Source of the DNA: Octopus vulgaris | Taxonomy: Eukaryota | Length of the DNA: 64,000 bases | Assembly: GCA_951406725.2 (NCBI GenBank) | Contig: OX597825.1 | Location: forward strand, 26,908,001 to 26,972,000 | Direction: 5' to 3' | Shown here: piece after piece, positions 9,950-23,020 of the stretch | Layout of the letters: each line of letters starts with the position of its first letter | How positions within the stretch are numbered: the first letter of the stretch is position 1 | Program-made: the position numbers and the translations under genes | The notes under the pieces: model-generated | Told to the model about the DNA's origin: nothing | What the model saw: the letters and a program-made list of their open reading frames with translations, nothing else | Database searches by the model: none

Positions 9950-11720
9950 CCATAGAAAACATTTGCCCTCCGTGCGAGCGTCATTGTATTTTTTCTTCGT
10001 TCTGATAAATCTAAGAAACCAACTAATCAATCGCCATTTGGTATCATGTACATGCAACGATGCATCGTTTCTTCTGTGGATTTCCAGGTCACGAATAGAC
10101 TTTATCTCTCAGAATGCGATACCCGGTGATCCTGTGTATTCCGACTGCTGGTGGTGACCGATGGTAAAGTTTGATATCGTTTCAAAGATTTGTAATACTG
10201 GATGCAACTGTCTAACTGCTACTTTTTTAAAATGCCAAGCATTTACTTTTCAATTTTGAAGTCGGTAACAATGTCAAGATCGAATTTTGTTGCATCAACA
10301 TTTGAGTTACTGAATTATTGTTTCAATATCCGGTAATATTTTTAATAGTCGGAGAGGCAGCTCCTCCTTTAACAGAATTCATATTTCGTGTTTGTGGACA
10401 TGTTATTTTCTTTTAGGAACGTGACCGTGTTCATTCAGAGAATGCGGTCCATGACTTTGCTGGCAGATAAAGTTACAAGCATAGTCCTGTACATTTTAGC
10501 ATCTGCGGTTCTTTTTTAATGGAGAATATTATACTTTCTGTTAACATTTCACATTTGATACCTGCATTTCTTTAAACGAATAGCCGGGAATCCCTCTGGA
10601 TCTAATGTTGGGTTTGTGTTCCTCTCATCAATGGACGATATTTCATCTTTTCCCATCGATTAAGATAATATATACCAGCTTCTTTTGTGTATCTGATGTG
10701 TAGATGAACTCTTCAGAACTGTCTGTGAATGCCACTGGTGTAGTAAAAACACTTTGGAATTGTTATTTAGTATTTCACTTACTTTCTTGCTCTCTGCGTT
10801 CAGTGTTAGTATTCTAATGTATCCCTATTTTGTAGCCTATTGACAGAGATCATATTGCAATTCCGTAGAAGATCTAGGCATTGTTCTATTTCAATACCTC
10901 CAACCGACATATTTTTTCTGTCTCCCATTTTTCATGTGATTTTATTTTCGAGTTCTAGAAGTAAATTTTTGAGGTTGGATTTTCCACTGGCATTTGTTGC
11001 TTATTTAAGCTATTTGTGAACATTATTCTCCATATCATAAGGTCTGTCATGATTTGGTGTGTAATGGTTTTTGTGTGGAATGGCTCTGATCTCTGAGACA
11101 AATTTAATGCATATGGCTTACATTATTTATATAAATTCATTTAGTTTCTTATCATTGTCTTGCATTCAATGACATTTATCCAAATTTGCTCCGAGCTCTC
11201 CTTCTCAATTAACTTTCAGTCAGTTTTGTAGAAATTCCTACTTCATAGGATTTGAGTGATACCTCAGTGGAATGCAATTTTAATTAGTTTTGCACGATAC
11301 GTTATTAGTACTATCATGTTATGGTCTGTGAAATCATTCGGCGATTACTACAGGTTGTCGATAAGATCCATTGTAGTGTTGAAAGAGTGATCAGCAACTG
11401 TTCATAGCTGGTAAACGTACTGTTTGACATACGAGCATCGATTTCATGAGCTCAAGTAGAGATTCTTGAGTCTGCTTCGGGCTGACTGTTATTGGAGAAT
11501 TTGAGGGCATATATCAGAAGCCCATTAATCCACTAATCTAGTCCTCTTAGTAGTTCTTCTAGCATTTCAAAGCTTTCCACAAATTTACCATCACGATTTA
11601 AGTAATAAATCTGAAGATATAATGTGCATATTGTTTCGTCTACTTGCTTAGCAGACTCTAAGTGTGAGCCATAAACCGGGTTTCAACGTGCAATCATACG
11701 GTTGTGATATCTTATCTGCG
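9950..11720 (-). mobile_element. Heavily decayed CR1/L2-type LINE ORF2 (APE endonuclease to RT)
   Basis: Minus-strand remnants appear in the expected order: MDLI and FTDHN (~11370-11320, APE LDL/SDH), DPEGFPA (~10600, GPDG), YRT.L.T and KVMDRI (~10490-10440), RRSCL (~10360), NVDA..FD (~10295). Many stops and frameshifts. Confidence 0.7.
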
Positions 11721-11978
11721 TGGGAGTTAGCATACGCACATAATAATAATAATCGAGGAAAATAGCGTTCGTCTATTAAGATTGGGATCTACACCATAGC
11801 TTTATGAAGATTAGTTACATTGCATAGAATGCAGTAATTGCTTGTGGAACTGATTACTATTCTCGTGTAAACAAATGAAGAACGTTTCATGTCACACTGT
11901 AGATTTTACTGCATATATATGTATGTATACATACACGTATATATAGATATATATCTGTATATATATATATATATACAA

Positions 11979-12018
<40 letters not shown>

Positions 12019-12259
12019 GTACATGTATGTATAAATACATGTATATGCAGTAAAGTCTACATTGTGGCATGGCACATTTTGCTTATGCGTCTTCATGAGA
12101 ATATATGTGTGTGTGCGTGTGTGCTCGTGTCTGTATGTGTGTCTGTGTGTGTGTCTTCGTGTGTGTGTATCTGTGTGTATCTGTGTGTATATGTGAGTGG
12201 GTGTGTGTGTATGCAGATAATGTATGAATACTCACGCACATTTTACTATGTATATGAGG

Positions 12260-12760
12260 TGAAAAGGGATTTGCCTATACGTGTTGGACTGTTGGGAACG
12301 TCTCAGGACGTTTCTAAGGCTTCTGTACCATATCTTCTATCAGTTAGCCATCCAAGCCTACGTCGGACATTCCATCCCAATCGCCAACTAACATCATATA
12401 GGCCTCTAGGCAGGTGGGTAGAAATTAGATCACTCTACATGGATTGAGGCATTCAATGGCTATTAGTCTGAAATCATGCCTTATTCTGCAGGTTAGGTCA
12501 AGCTCTCATAATACACCTTCTGGGACTAATAGACTGTTTGGAATTGCAAAATCCAGCCCTTTTGGAAACAACATACGTACGCCGACATCCACTACTGGCA
12601 GACTTAGAAATTGGTACAACTTGTAGATGCCGAAGTTGAACACGAATTGTTGTACCTCGAAAATTTTGTTCTCACTGATATACAACACATCTATATTTAG
12701 TGAACTGTGCCCATTAGGCAAGTGGATCTAATTCCCATCTTACCCAAACCCCTATCTTTA
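12260..12760 (-). mobile_element. Penelope-like element N-terminal relic
   Basis: ORF 12506-12721 contains YQFLSLPVVDVGVRMLFPKGLDFAIP, resembling the PLE 'NLS...L.KGL.F.P' motif. Confidence 0.5.
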
Positions 12761-12829
12761 CACTCTCAGTTCTGCGTTTGACAAAGGCAGAAGGGAGTGG
12801 AAATACACACCAATATCCGAGAAGAAACA

Positions 12830-13216
12830 AGTAGCCCGTCCTTCTGGAAATTTGTGGCGGCATCCAGAAACATTTCTTTAAACAGTTTTATACGTGTAGA
12901 AACTGTTTTATCGTTGTGTGACCTATTCATTATTAGTGTTTTTTTGTGTACTGATAAATATATGTTTCAAGAAGTCTTTGATAATTGAGATTATGTCCGT
13001 GTAATTAACAATTCATTGTGTTGGGTTTCTGTATCTTGTTCTCTCGATTTGAATGTGCTTCGTTTGTCGTAGATTTTGTAAATTCAGTCAGTGTTTCTGG
13101 TTTTGGAGAGAACCCTGGTGTTGTTGGCTGTGGTGTAGTGAGCATGTGATTGCCTTTATATTTCTAAACACTGGTTTTATTCTGGTACACTTTTATGACG
13201 TGATGCTCTCTCACTC
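12830..13216 (-). mobile_element. Internally deleted Dong-like LINE 5' portion sharing its head with the 550-bp element
   Basis: Starts at (TTA)n with GAGTGAGAGAGCATCACGTCATAAAAGTG, similar to the head at 8030. It continues into degenerate coding-like sequence (YDKR..F...ENK; FW-like) resembling the pre-RT region of R4-clade elements. Confidence 0.5.
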
Positions 13217-13265
<49 letters not shown>

Positions 13266-13267
13266 TA

Positions 13268-13342
<75 letters not shown>

Positions 13343-13358
13343 TAATAATAATAATAAT

Positions 13359-13912
13359 AAATGCCCCAGTGCAGTACAAAGCAGTGGCTCATATGGCTTC
13401 TCATGTTAACTGATAGGAAGTGTTATTTATATGTTTTGTCTTGGTATAAAAGTTGAACTAGAACAAATATCCTGCTCAGTAACAAGGATTTGCTTGTCAG
13501 TTGTTTGTCCTTAATCAGTTGAGCAGGTTCATTGGTGGCTAACAATATGTGCATCTCTGATCACGAACAGAAGTAATGGGGGAGCATCATGATCATTTGC
13601 TGAGAGGAATTCTTCGGGGCTTGAATAATTCATATTTGGAATCATGAGTGTCGTTCATCTTCCTTAAACAACCCTTATTCTGGGATCTTTTTTAGTGGGA
13701 TGTGCTACTCCACCTGAAGAAAATACTAATTGGGACCCACCAGTAAGGTCATGTGCTGTTTATCTTGATATAAGATCATCATGTCGTGCACATATGGTTG
13801 TGATGCATGTTCCTGGAGTAACCTTATCAGACTGGTAGTTATGATAGGTATACTGGGCTTCGTATATTTGTACATCAGTGTGACCTTTATGGCATAAGCT
13901 GTTATCTCACTC
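13359..13912 (-). mobile_element. ~550-bp element inside (AAT)n, copy 2
   Basis: Collinear with 7478-8030 (GCAGTGGCTC, TTGCTTGTCAG, GGGGAGCATCAT, ATACTGGGCTTCGTATATTT, TCTCACTC); flanked by (AAT)n. Confidence 0.85.
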
Positions 13913-14011
13913 AATAATAATAATAATAATAATAATAATGGAGTTGGCACTACTACTACTGTTGCTGATACTAATAATAAGGATGATAATGATAAGAAGG
14001 ACAATATTATG

Positions 14012-14042
<31 letters not shown>

Positions 14043-14073
14043 CTATTATTATTTTATTATTATTATTATTATT

Positions 14074-14147
<74 letters not shown>

Positions 14148-14200
14148 GGGTAGTAGTAGTAGTAGTAGCAATAACATTATTGTTTAGAATAATATTAATG

Positions 14201-14298
<98 letters not shown>

Positions 14299-14390
14299 GC
14301 TGCTGCTGCCACTACTACTACTACTACTACTGCTACTATCACTACTGCCACTACTACTAATACTTTTATTATTATTATTTACTATCATCA
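13913..14390. repeat. Compound trinucleotide microsatellite mosaic (AAT, ATT, AGC, AGT, ACT, TGC)
   Basis: Directly visible; explains the poly-S/T/V/L ORFs. Confidence 0.95.
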
Positions 14391-14541
14391 TTATCGGCGT
14401 CATATAGTCATGTATAGGCCGGAGTACATAAATAGATGTTAGACATTGGTAAAGCATTCGCATACATTTTGCCAGGTTTTAAGTATATGCTTTATTGTAT
14501 TTATTCAGTTAAATGTGTAAATATGTGTATAAATATATGTG

Positions 14542-14588
<47 letters not shown>

Positions 14589-14617
14589 ATATATATATAT
14601 ATGTATATGTATATACA

Positions 14618-14672
<55 letters not shown>

Positions 14673-14840
14673 TTGCCTGTGCATGTGCTATAAGTACATT
14701 ATCTAAGGTATAGATTATTTATTAGTCATTTTTTTATCGTTCTGCAGCTATATTTAATTATTGTTTTCTGTATGATGATTTTGTTGATTATATTTATCTT
14801 TCTCATGCATATTTACTATTATTATTATTGTTATTATTAC

Positions 14841-14907
<67 letters not shown>

Positions 14908-15732
14908 ATTATTATTATTTCATTGTCATTTTTATCATTATTCTTATTAGGCGTAGTATTATTATTCTTAATAATGATAATAATAAGAATAGTATTAGTA
15001 ACAGACATTAGTTTTGTTGTCGGTGGTTTTATTATTGAGCATTTTATTATGTATACTTTCTTCTGTCTTCCTTTTTTCTTCTTCTTTGTGTTGTCTATGC
15101 TGTTAGATCTTCATTATTAACCCATTGATTATTTTTCGTTTTTTTTTTCTTGTTATAATTTTCCATTGTAAAATTGTACTTGTGAAGTCCATATTCATGG
15201 CAGCATCAGAACTCATACGTCTCGAACAATTCAAATATAACAATAAATATTGAAAATACAATCTCTTTCTATTTATTCAGGTCATATAACAACAAGGCAA
15301 CTAGACAACGGTTGTTTTGAATGCCAAAGCCGATGTCACTTTTATGGTTGCTTAATTCATTTTATAGCTAGTTCTAAGATTATTCTAAGATTGTTCTTTT
15401 GTCATGTGAAAAGATTATGAAAGTTCGCAAGGCTGTAGAGAAAAAAAAAATCTGAAGATCATTTCAGAATATATCTGTAATAATGTACTTTTTTTTAGAC
15501 GATAAATAGCATACAATAGAACAATAGGAAACAAAGAAACAAAGAAAAGGAAAAATGAGAACAGGGAAGATACAAAGAGAAAATTACTGAAAAACATTCA
15601 CACATATATACATATCATACATGCGTACGTACAAACACTCAAACACACACACACACTCACACATATATATATATATTCATAGATATACGGATAATAAATA
15701 AATATTGCATGCGTACATAAAAATTGTATATG

Positions 15733-15781
<49 letters not shown>

Positions 15782-16377
15782 TACACATACGCTAGTACAT
15801 ATAGGTATTGGTATGAAAGCAGGAATTACTCTAATACAATAATTCTGTCGTTCTTTTATTGTAAGAATATCAGATACTAGATGAAACTATTGTATGGCAA
15901 CGAAATATCTATTTTTTCACCCATCCATCAATAATGATTTACTAGACTAAGCACATTATATTTTTAAAGAGTATGATACAATCCGTTGAAGTAGACTGAT
16001 TTTAGAGGTACATATTTCATCGATCTTGAATCATAGAAATGTTGGTATCAAATTCCGTATTCAAACTTGTTATGATATCTGTCACATTATTTGCTGACAC
16101 AGCTTTTTTAAATCCGATTTAAATATGTGAAATGCTATTTAATATATTTATGTATAATTATACTTATAATCAGATTGGAAACTCATACAGCCACACACTC
16201 ACACATACATAAACAAGCATCTAACTCACTGTCTCTTTCTCTCTATCTCTATATATGTATGTATCTATCTATCTATCTATCTATCTATCTCTCTATCTAT
16301 ATATCTATCTATCTATCTATCTATCTATCTCTCTATCTATATATCTATCTATCTATCTATCTATCAATCTCTCTCTC

Positions 16378-16409
<32 letters not shown>

Positions 16410-16425
16410 CGTGTGACTGCATGTG

Positions 16426-16620
16426 TATCGTTGGCGATTTTCCTCCTCCGTCTTCCCTTCCTTGGATCTTTCCTTTTCCTATTTTTATGACAAAGAGCTC
16501 CGCTCGAATCGTTAAATACTTCTTCTTTCTTTACTTTCCTGAGCATCCAATAACACTATACTTGTTCCACGTCCTCGCGTTGTTGTGTTTTCTCTTTGTG
16601 TTTTCATGTTTGGATCGATT
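16426..16620 (+). mobile_element. Family H repeat, copy 3 (core degenerate)
   Basis: Same body as 4016-4195; core reads ATGACAA-A-GAGC-TCC-GCTC-GAAT-CG-TT. Lies between (TG)n and (TA)n. Confidence 0.85.
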
Positions 16621-16645
16621 ATATATATATATATATATATATATG

Positions 16646-16703
<58 letters not shown>

Positions 16704-17112
16704 GTATGTATTTATTTGCACAAGTATATATGTGCGCGTGTTGAAATTCATTTGTGAATGATGAGTAAATTTATTGTGCGCTAATCTCATAAGATCGAGA
16801 AGACGGCATACCCTGTTGATGGATTCAAACATGCTTCGTTTTTGATCGTGGTAATGCACCAGCCTGTTATTTCGTTTTTGAATACAACTTTATATGTTGC
16901 TTTCACATCAAAGGAATTTGCTTGAACTCAATTATATATGTATGCCGACAATAAACCCATTAATTTAATTACGAATAATTAAGATTTTACGGTTTCCATT
17001 GAAAACAACATATGCTGTTTCAGCAGTAATTTTTCTTTATTATATGCTACGTTGGAATATCTAGTCATACACAGACAGTGTGTATGCATGTCCACACACA
17101 TACATATGTGTG

Positions 17113-17167
<55 letters not shown>

Positions 17168-17213
17168 CCATATATCCATATATATATATGTGTGTGATTG
17201 TGTGTGTGCGTGT

Positions 17214-17362
17214 GGAGGTGCGTGGTCCACAAGTGGTTAGGGTGTCAGAATCATGATCGTAAGATTGTGATGTCGATTCCTGGACCGGGCGAACACGTAC
17301 GCCATGTAAAGTGGGAAACCGGGCCTATGAGCCTGGCTAGGCTTTAAAAGGGCGCATTTATC
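17214..17362 (+). mobile_element. Short, internally deleted tRNA-derived SINE
   Basis: tRNA-like head (GTGGTTAGGG...TCGATTCCTGGACC) is joined directly to a tail resembling family B (TACGCC...GGGAAACCGGGCCTATGAGCC). Confidence 0.65.
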
Positions 17363-19656
17363 TAGTTATATATATATATATATATATATATAAGCGTGTG
17401 CACGCGGGCGTTTGTGGAGTGTGTGGGTGCGCGTTTGTGGTGCATGTGAGGTGCGCGTGAGCGTTTAGGGACAGAGAAAAAGTGTGTATCATAATTGTAT
17501 GATGGTATATATTTTATTCTATTTACAAAGATGTTTGAATATAAGAAGTGATTTTGCTAAACAAAAGTGTTGACATTAAAAGTGTGTATTAATGAAAGAG
17601 AAATAAAAAAAATGTCTCTAGTGTGTTATCGACTCTAGTTATCTTACTCAGATTCCACGTGCCTTATTTTGCTATTTCGATACTTCTGTATTATATATGT
17701 GTTCATTTCTCTCTCGTAAGATTTTATTGTCCACATCTACTGAATGATACATTTTTGTATCGTCCTCTCATTAGAATCGAATAAATATTCTGTAACTTTT
17801 ACTCGTCGCTACGTATTTGAAATGGTTTACCCATTTCCTAAATTATGCTGATTATAAGTAGTCTGATGTCGAAAAGATATTCGTAAGATTATAATCGTGT
17901 CGGAAACATATATGAACGTCTGTATGGTAATACATTGTAATATGCATAAAATTAGAATTCAGAACATAGTACAGCAAATGTAAAAATATTAATCTACTGT
18001 CAGACAACATATTTTAGTTTTAACTATAATTATATCAAATATAATTGTTATTGAATACGCAGTAAATTTCAACGTAGTTCTTAAGGAAATATGGTTGCAT
18101 GTATGCTTGTATTTCCTAAACCGCTTTAACTGTATGTGTTCTACGGTGTATATTATAGTCTCTATAAGGTTTTCTCATTTAGAAAATATAAAATTAGCAA
18201 GAATAATCTGTACCCACGATACTGGCAAACGATAGTTGGCAAGTGTGCTGACTAGAAAATATTTATAGTAATTATACAAATTAGCACCTCATTAGGAAAA
18301 CAAACACATCTAAGAAAATATTGAAAAACATCGAGTTTAAAATGCTATTTTTTTATATATAAATTTTCTTTAGTTGGTAAGCATTTTATTTGTTTATTTG
18401 CAACGCAATTTTAACGTTCTTCTGATATGTTTCGTTGCAACAAGTCTGACTACGTCAACGTTTTCGAAACTGCTAAATATTGTCAGCATATCTTCAACTA
18501 ATTATCAAAAAATCGAGAAAATTAAGCGAAACTAGTTATTTTTGGTAATAGTAAGCCTCGAGCAATACCTGATAGTCATGCTGGTATTTCTATCTAAAAT
18601 AAAATATCACTCAGAAACAGATTATTTAACTCTCTAACTGTTGTTGCCAAAAAATGTTTACATAAGATTCTAGTATATGCACTTATACAGTGATACAGAA
18701 GATCGCCGTGTGTCCAATTAAAATATTTACTATTTTAATCATGAATGACGTAATATAAATGAGATATTTCTGCTACGCATATTCAACAGACCAACACCGC
18801 TACATTATATTACAGGACTAGTAACAAATAGCCCAGTTCTGCATTTTACAGCAAACCAGGCTATATTAAAAGAACTCTCTTCACGAAACTCTAAATGTTA
18901 GTAGCACATAAAGTTGGGTAACATATTACAATAAGTCAGTGTTGGAAATGCTTGAAGTGATTATAAGTGTTTTCACTGGAGGTATTCGGAATTTTAAATA
19001 TCAAATTACTTCATTTATATAAGCACACCAAACACTCTGTCCGTTTAACCTCGGAATCTTGCGTTTGGTTGGATAATTAAAGATAGACAATGGATTATCA
19101 AATTACATATCAGGATTAATATTTCGATTTTAAAACAAAATATGGCAAGGAATGACACTGATATATTGAAAGAAAATCTGTACAATATTCTATGGAATAT
19201 TGTTTATAAGCCTCATAAGCCTCATCCATATAGATATCTACCGTTTTTAAAGTTGCATTGTTTAAAATTGCATAAATTTATTTTCATGATTAAAGTCTAA
19301 TCAGATGCATACTTCATGAATTTCAAATGTGTTCTATGAAATAAATCCAAGTTTGTTTACTTCCTATACTGTCATCGAGCAGCAATTACATAGTATGTAG
19401 ATTTGGTCTTCTCATTTGTTTATAAGGAAAACAATATCATGAATAAGGGTGTAAATTATTTCAAGAAACATGAGGGGATTTGGCTATGCGTTAAGTTATA
19501 AAAAAATGATATACGTATATGCTGAAGGAAGTGCAGAGAACCTGCTGCAAATCTACGCCGATGTTATTTATTCATATTTGTTTGTAAAATCGTATGGTAC
19601 CTTGAAATTTAAGTTATATGTAAGTTATAAGTATATATGTATATATATATGCGTGT

Positions 19657-19723
<67 letters not shown>

Positions 19724-19732
19724 AATACATAC

Positions 19733-19764
<32 letters not shown>

Positions 19765-19854
19765 GTCTATCTACCCATTCATGCATCCTTGCACACATCC
19801 ATCTCCCTCTCTCTCTCTGTTCTCTTTCTCTCTCTCTCTCTCTATAAATATATA

Positions 19855-19930
<76 letters not shown>

Positions 19931-20751
19931 ACGTCGTCTTCCACGTTGAATAATGTATGACAATGATAATGAGATATTTCTATTAGCCGTAGCCAACAGA
20001 CCGACATCGCTGTTTTATATTAAGGTATGTATTATGGTTTACCGTGTGTAATACATAACACATGGAGACCTTTAACTGAGGCACCTCAATAAATGCCCGT
20101 AAACTCTCACACGCTTATCACGAAACAGAATGTAATAAATTCCACAAGGCGCCATTTCCTGAAGTTGTATTTATATTTCCTTTTAGTTTCATTTCTGTAG
20201 CTACTAATCAGATTTACTGAATATATTTAAGAATATATTGAAGAATAAATAGAACATAGGAATTCTCAGAAAAAGTACTACATAAATTTAGATAATCATA
20301 AAGAAATTTCTTTGTCATTCTGTCCCCAATTTTATTGTACTGTAGATCTTGTATAATTTATTCAGAAATTGATTTACTTTATTTCAGATTTTGTTCTTTG
20401 TTTGGTTTACTCAAATTGTGTGACGTTCTCTTTTATCTTTTCCCAAGCATTTTTCATTGTATCTATACTAAAAGTTACGAACTATCACAAAATTTGGATT
20501 AACTCTTCCGTATTTTTGTGTTTCAGAAATTGTGTGGCATATTCATTGTACTAGTAATCGCAGGATATTTCGAAGTTTGGCAATAATATATAGAAGTTAT
20601 TCCAAGCTGGACAATTTATAACGCTCCGAACTGTTGTCTGATTTATTGCACGGCTCCAAGAATATTGGACTTTGGTGGTTGATTCATATGTGGGACTAAT
20701 ATCATGGCACACCATTTTGGATTAAATAAATTCTTCAACTATCTCTTTAGA

Positions 20752-20888
20752 TTTACTCTTACTCATTTACTCTCTTTTACTCTTTTACTTGTTTTAGTCA
20801 TTTGACTGTGGCCATACTGGAGCACCGCCTTTAGTCGAGCAAATCGACCCCAGGACTTATTCTTTGTAAGTTTAGTGCATATTCTTTC
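20752..20888 (-). mobile_element. SINE family A, 3' fragment
   Basis: (TTTACTC)n tail plus GTCATTTGACTGTGGCCATACTGGAGCACCGCCTTTAGTCGAGCAAATCGACCCCAGGAC. Confidence 0.85.
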
Positions 20889-21204
20889 AGTATATATATA
20901 TACACACATTTATGTATACGGGAGTGTTGATTGAAATACATTACAATGATCGAAAGTATTATAACCGCATCACAAAGTCACAAAGATGTAGATAAACAAA
21001 CTATCTAGTTGGTTCGAAAGTGATGATATTCGCCCCGGAGTTATCGGAGTTATGTAATTAAACTCAACATTGTCTGTTACTGTTACATTTATTATATTTG
21101 TATACGTTGATAATATCTAGGGGACAGTGATAATGTCACGGACAAATTTCAGACAAGAAACGCTGGAGGATTTTCGCGGAGTAAATTGTGAGATTTGGGG
21201 TAAT

Positions 21205-21605
21205 GATAGGTTAAAGAAGGTTAACCTATCAGAACCTTCTTTAACCTAAAGAAGGTTAAAGAAGGTTAAAGGGTAAAGATCCACTTCGGCCATGAATAAC
21301 CATGGGATTGTGTCCTTGAAAGTTTCCCTGTAAGGCACAAATCCTGGAAGGTTGTTTATGGAAGGCAAGCAGTTGCCTGTGCATACGAGGTTCCCCTCTC
21401 CACGCCACTGATGTAATCCAAGGGAAAAGTAATGGCTGATACCACTTGGCATCAATGACGTCGCAAATCATTTCTACAGCTGAGTGAACTGGAGCAAAGA
21501 TGAAATTAAGTGCCTCACACAAGAATAAAACATACATTCCTGTCCGGGAATCAAACTCACCTCGTCATAATTGTGAGCTCGACACTCTAGACACTGAGCC
21601 GCGTA
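21205..21605 (-). mobile_element. tRNA-derived SINE family D (CORE-like central domain) with a short repeated tail
   Basis: Minus strand: GCGGCTCAGTG (A-box-like), GTTTGATTCCC (B-box-like), TGAGGCACTTAATTTCA...CCAGTTCACTCAGCTG, and a (TTTAACCTTC)n tail; homologous to 34110-34330. Confidence 0.7.
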
Positions 21606-22654
21606 CATTAAGAAACTGAAGCGTAGAAACACAATTTCCAATTTGAATAATAAATGCTGCATTGTGAAAATATTGCAGCGGAACATTAGGCAATACAGGA
21701 CACCACATTGTGTACCGAAACTGGAGAAGACATTCTTTTCGGTCTTGTTGCAATCACATATATATTTTAGACTATTGAGATATGGCAATTCCCCATCCGT
21801 ACTAAAGTCTAGATAAGATATTATAGCTCAATGCATCGTCAGCCATGATATGCAAAATTTAATAGCTTTCTCTTTAAAACTGCATATGAGTGCGCAACAG
21901 CTCTGTATCTCTACATCTTCAGAAATCTCTACGTGGTATTTTTCTAATCACTGTTCGTATGATTAAATTGTTAATTGAGATATTCATTTCTATTAGAAAT
22001 CCTTTTAACATCACACAATCTTAAAGAAAGGGATTGCTTTGAACCATATACTCGCTTTTCGTTCAAGTTCTGTTATTTTTTTTTGGGGGGGGGGAATCCT
22101 TTTCACAAGGTTTGTAAAATTTGCTACCCCCCATTATTCTCAATACATATTTAATGGTCGTGATATATTATGCTTCCCCATTACTACATTGCAGCGAATG
22201 CAACGAAATTTGAAGTGTCAATATTGGCTGTAATGGCATTTGCATTAAACATCATGCTTTATTAATTCCATTCTAGGGATCATATTACTAAAATATTTAC
22301 TGGCAAAAATTCATGTATTTTTTTTGTTATTTTGAGAATCGTGTTTGCGAGTTGAGAATAATTTTTGCACTGAGTTTTGGTTTCCTTGCAATCTATGTTG
22401 ATACGATCAATGTTTGGTTTCTTGAGGGCGATTATCTCTGATCCTGTAAAGGAAGATTTATTGCAATGGATGTAAACGGGAAATAAGGTATATTCTGTCC
22501 ACAAAATATGACCTTTCTTATCTACGCCACGTATTAGTATATCACTTGGAATATAAAACAATTCCTAGTTTTAAACTACAATAAACATATTTTTTCAACC
22601 AGTATAATGATAGCAATCAACCATCTCCGATATATCTACAAGGACATCAGAACC

Positions 22655-23020
22655 TTTAATCTTTTAATTTTGTCGGTCATCACACCGCATCCATGCTGGA
22701 GTACCGCCTTGAAAACTTTTAGTCCAACGAGTCGACCGCAAAGCTTTTTTAGAAACGTATTGGTTATTCTATAGATTTTGCATGAGCTGATAAGATACAG
22801 GCTCATATATACACCATTAACTGCTATCAATCATTGATGGGAAACAAAAACAGACACAATGAGGCACAGACGCGTACGTATACGACGTGTTTCGTTCAGT
22901 TTCTGCCTATCAAATCCATGCACAAGACGCTTGCACAATGTTTCAAGCAATTGGACTGAGGCATGAACCATGTGGTTGTGAAGCGAACGTCTTAAACACA
23001 GCTTCGCTGCCGCTTTCACA
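22655..23020 (-). mobile_element. SINE family A, diverged copy
   Basis: CATGCTGGAGTACCGCCTTG, ACAGACACAA, TTCAGTTTCTGCCTATCAAATCC, AACCATGTGGTTG. Confidence 0.75.

Noticed and set aside
15262-15418. Strong-looking splice acceptor (CTCTTTCTATTTATTCAG|G) followed by a Cys-containing open frame
   Set aside because: No convincing donor, no recognisable homology and no partner exons; RNA-seq would be needed.
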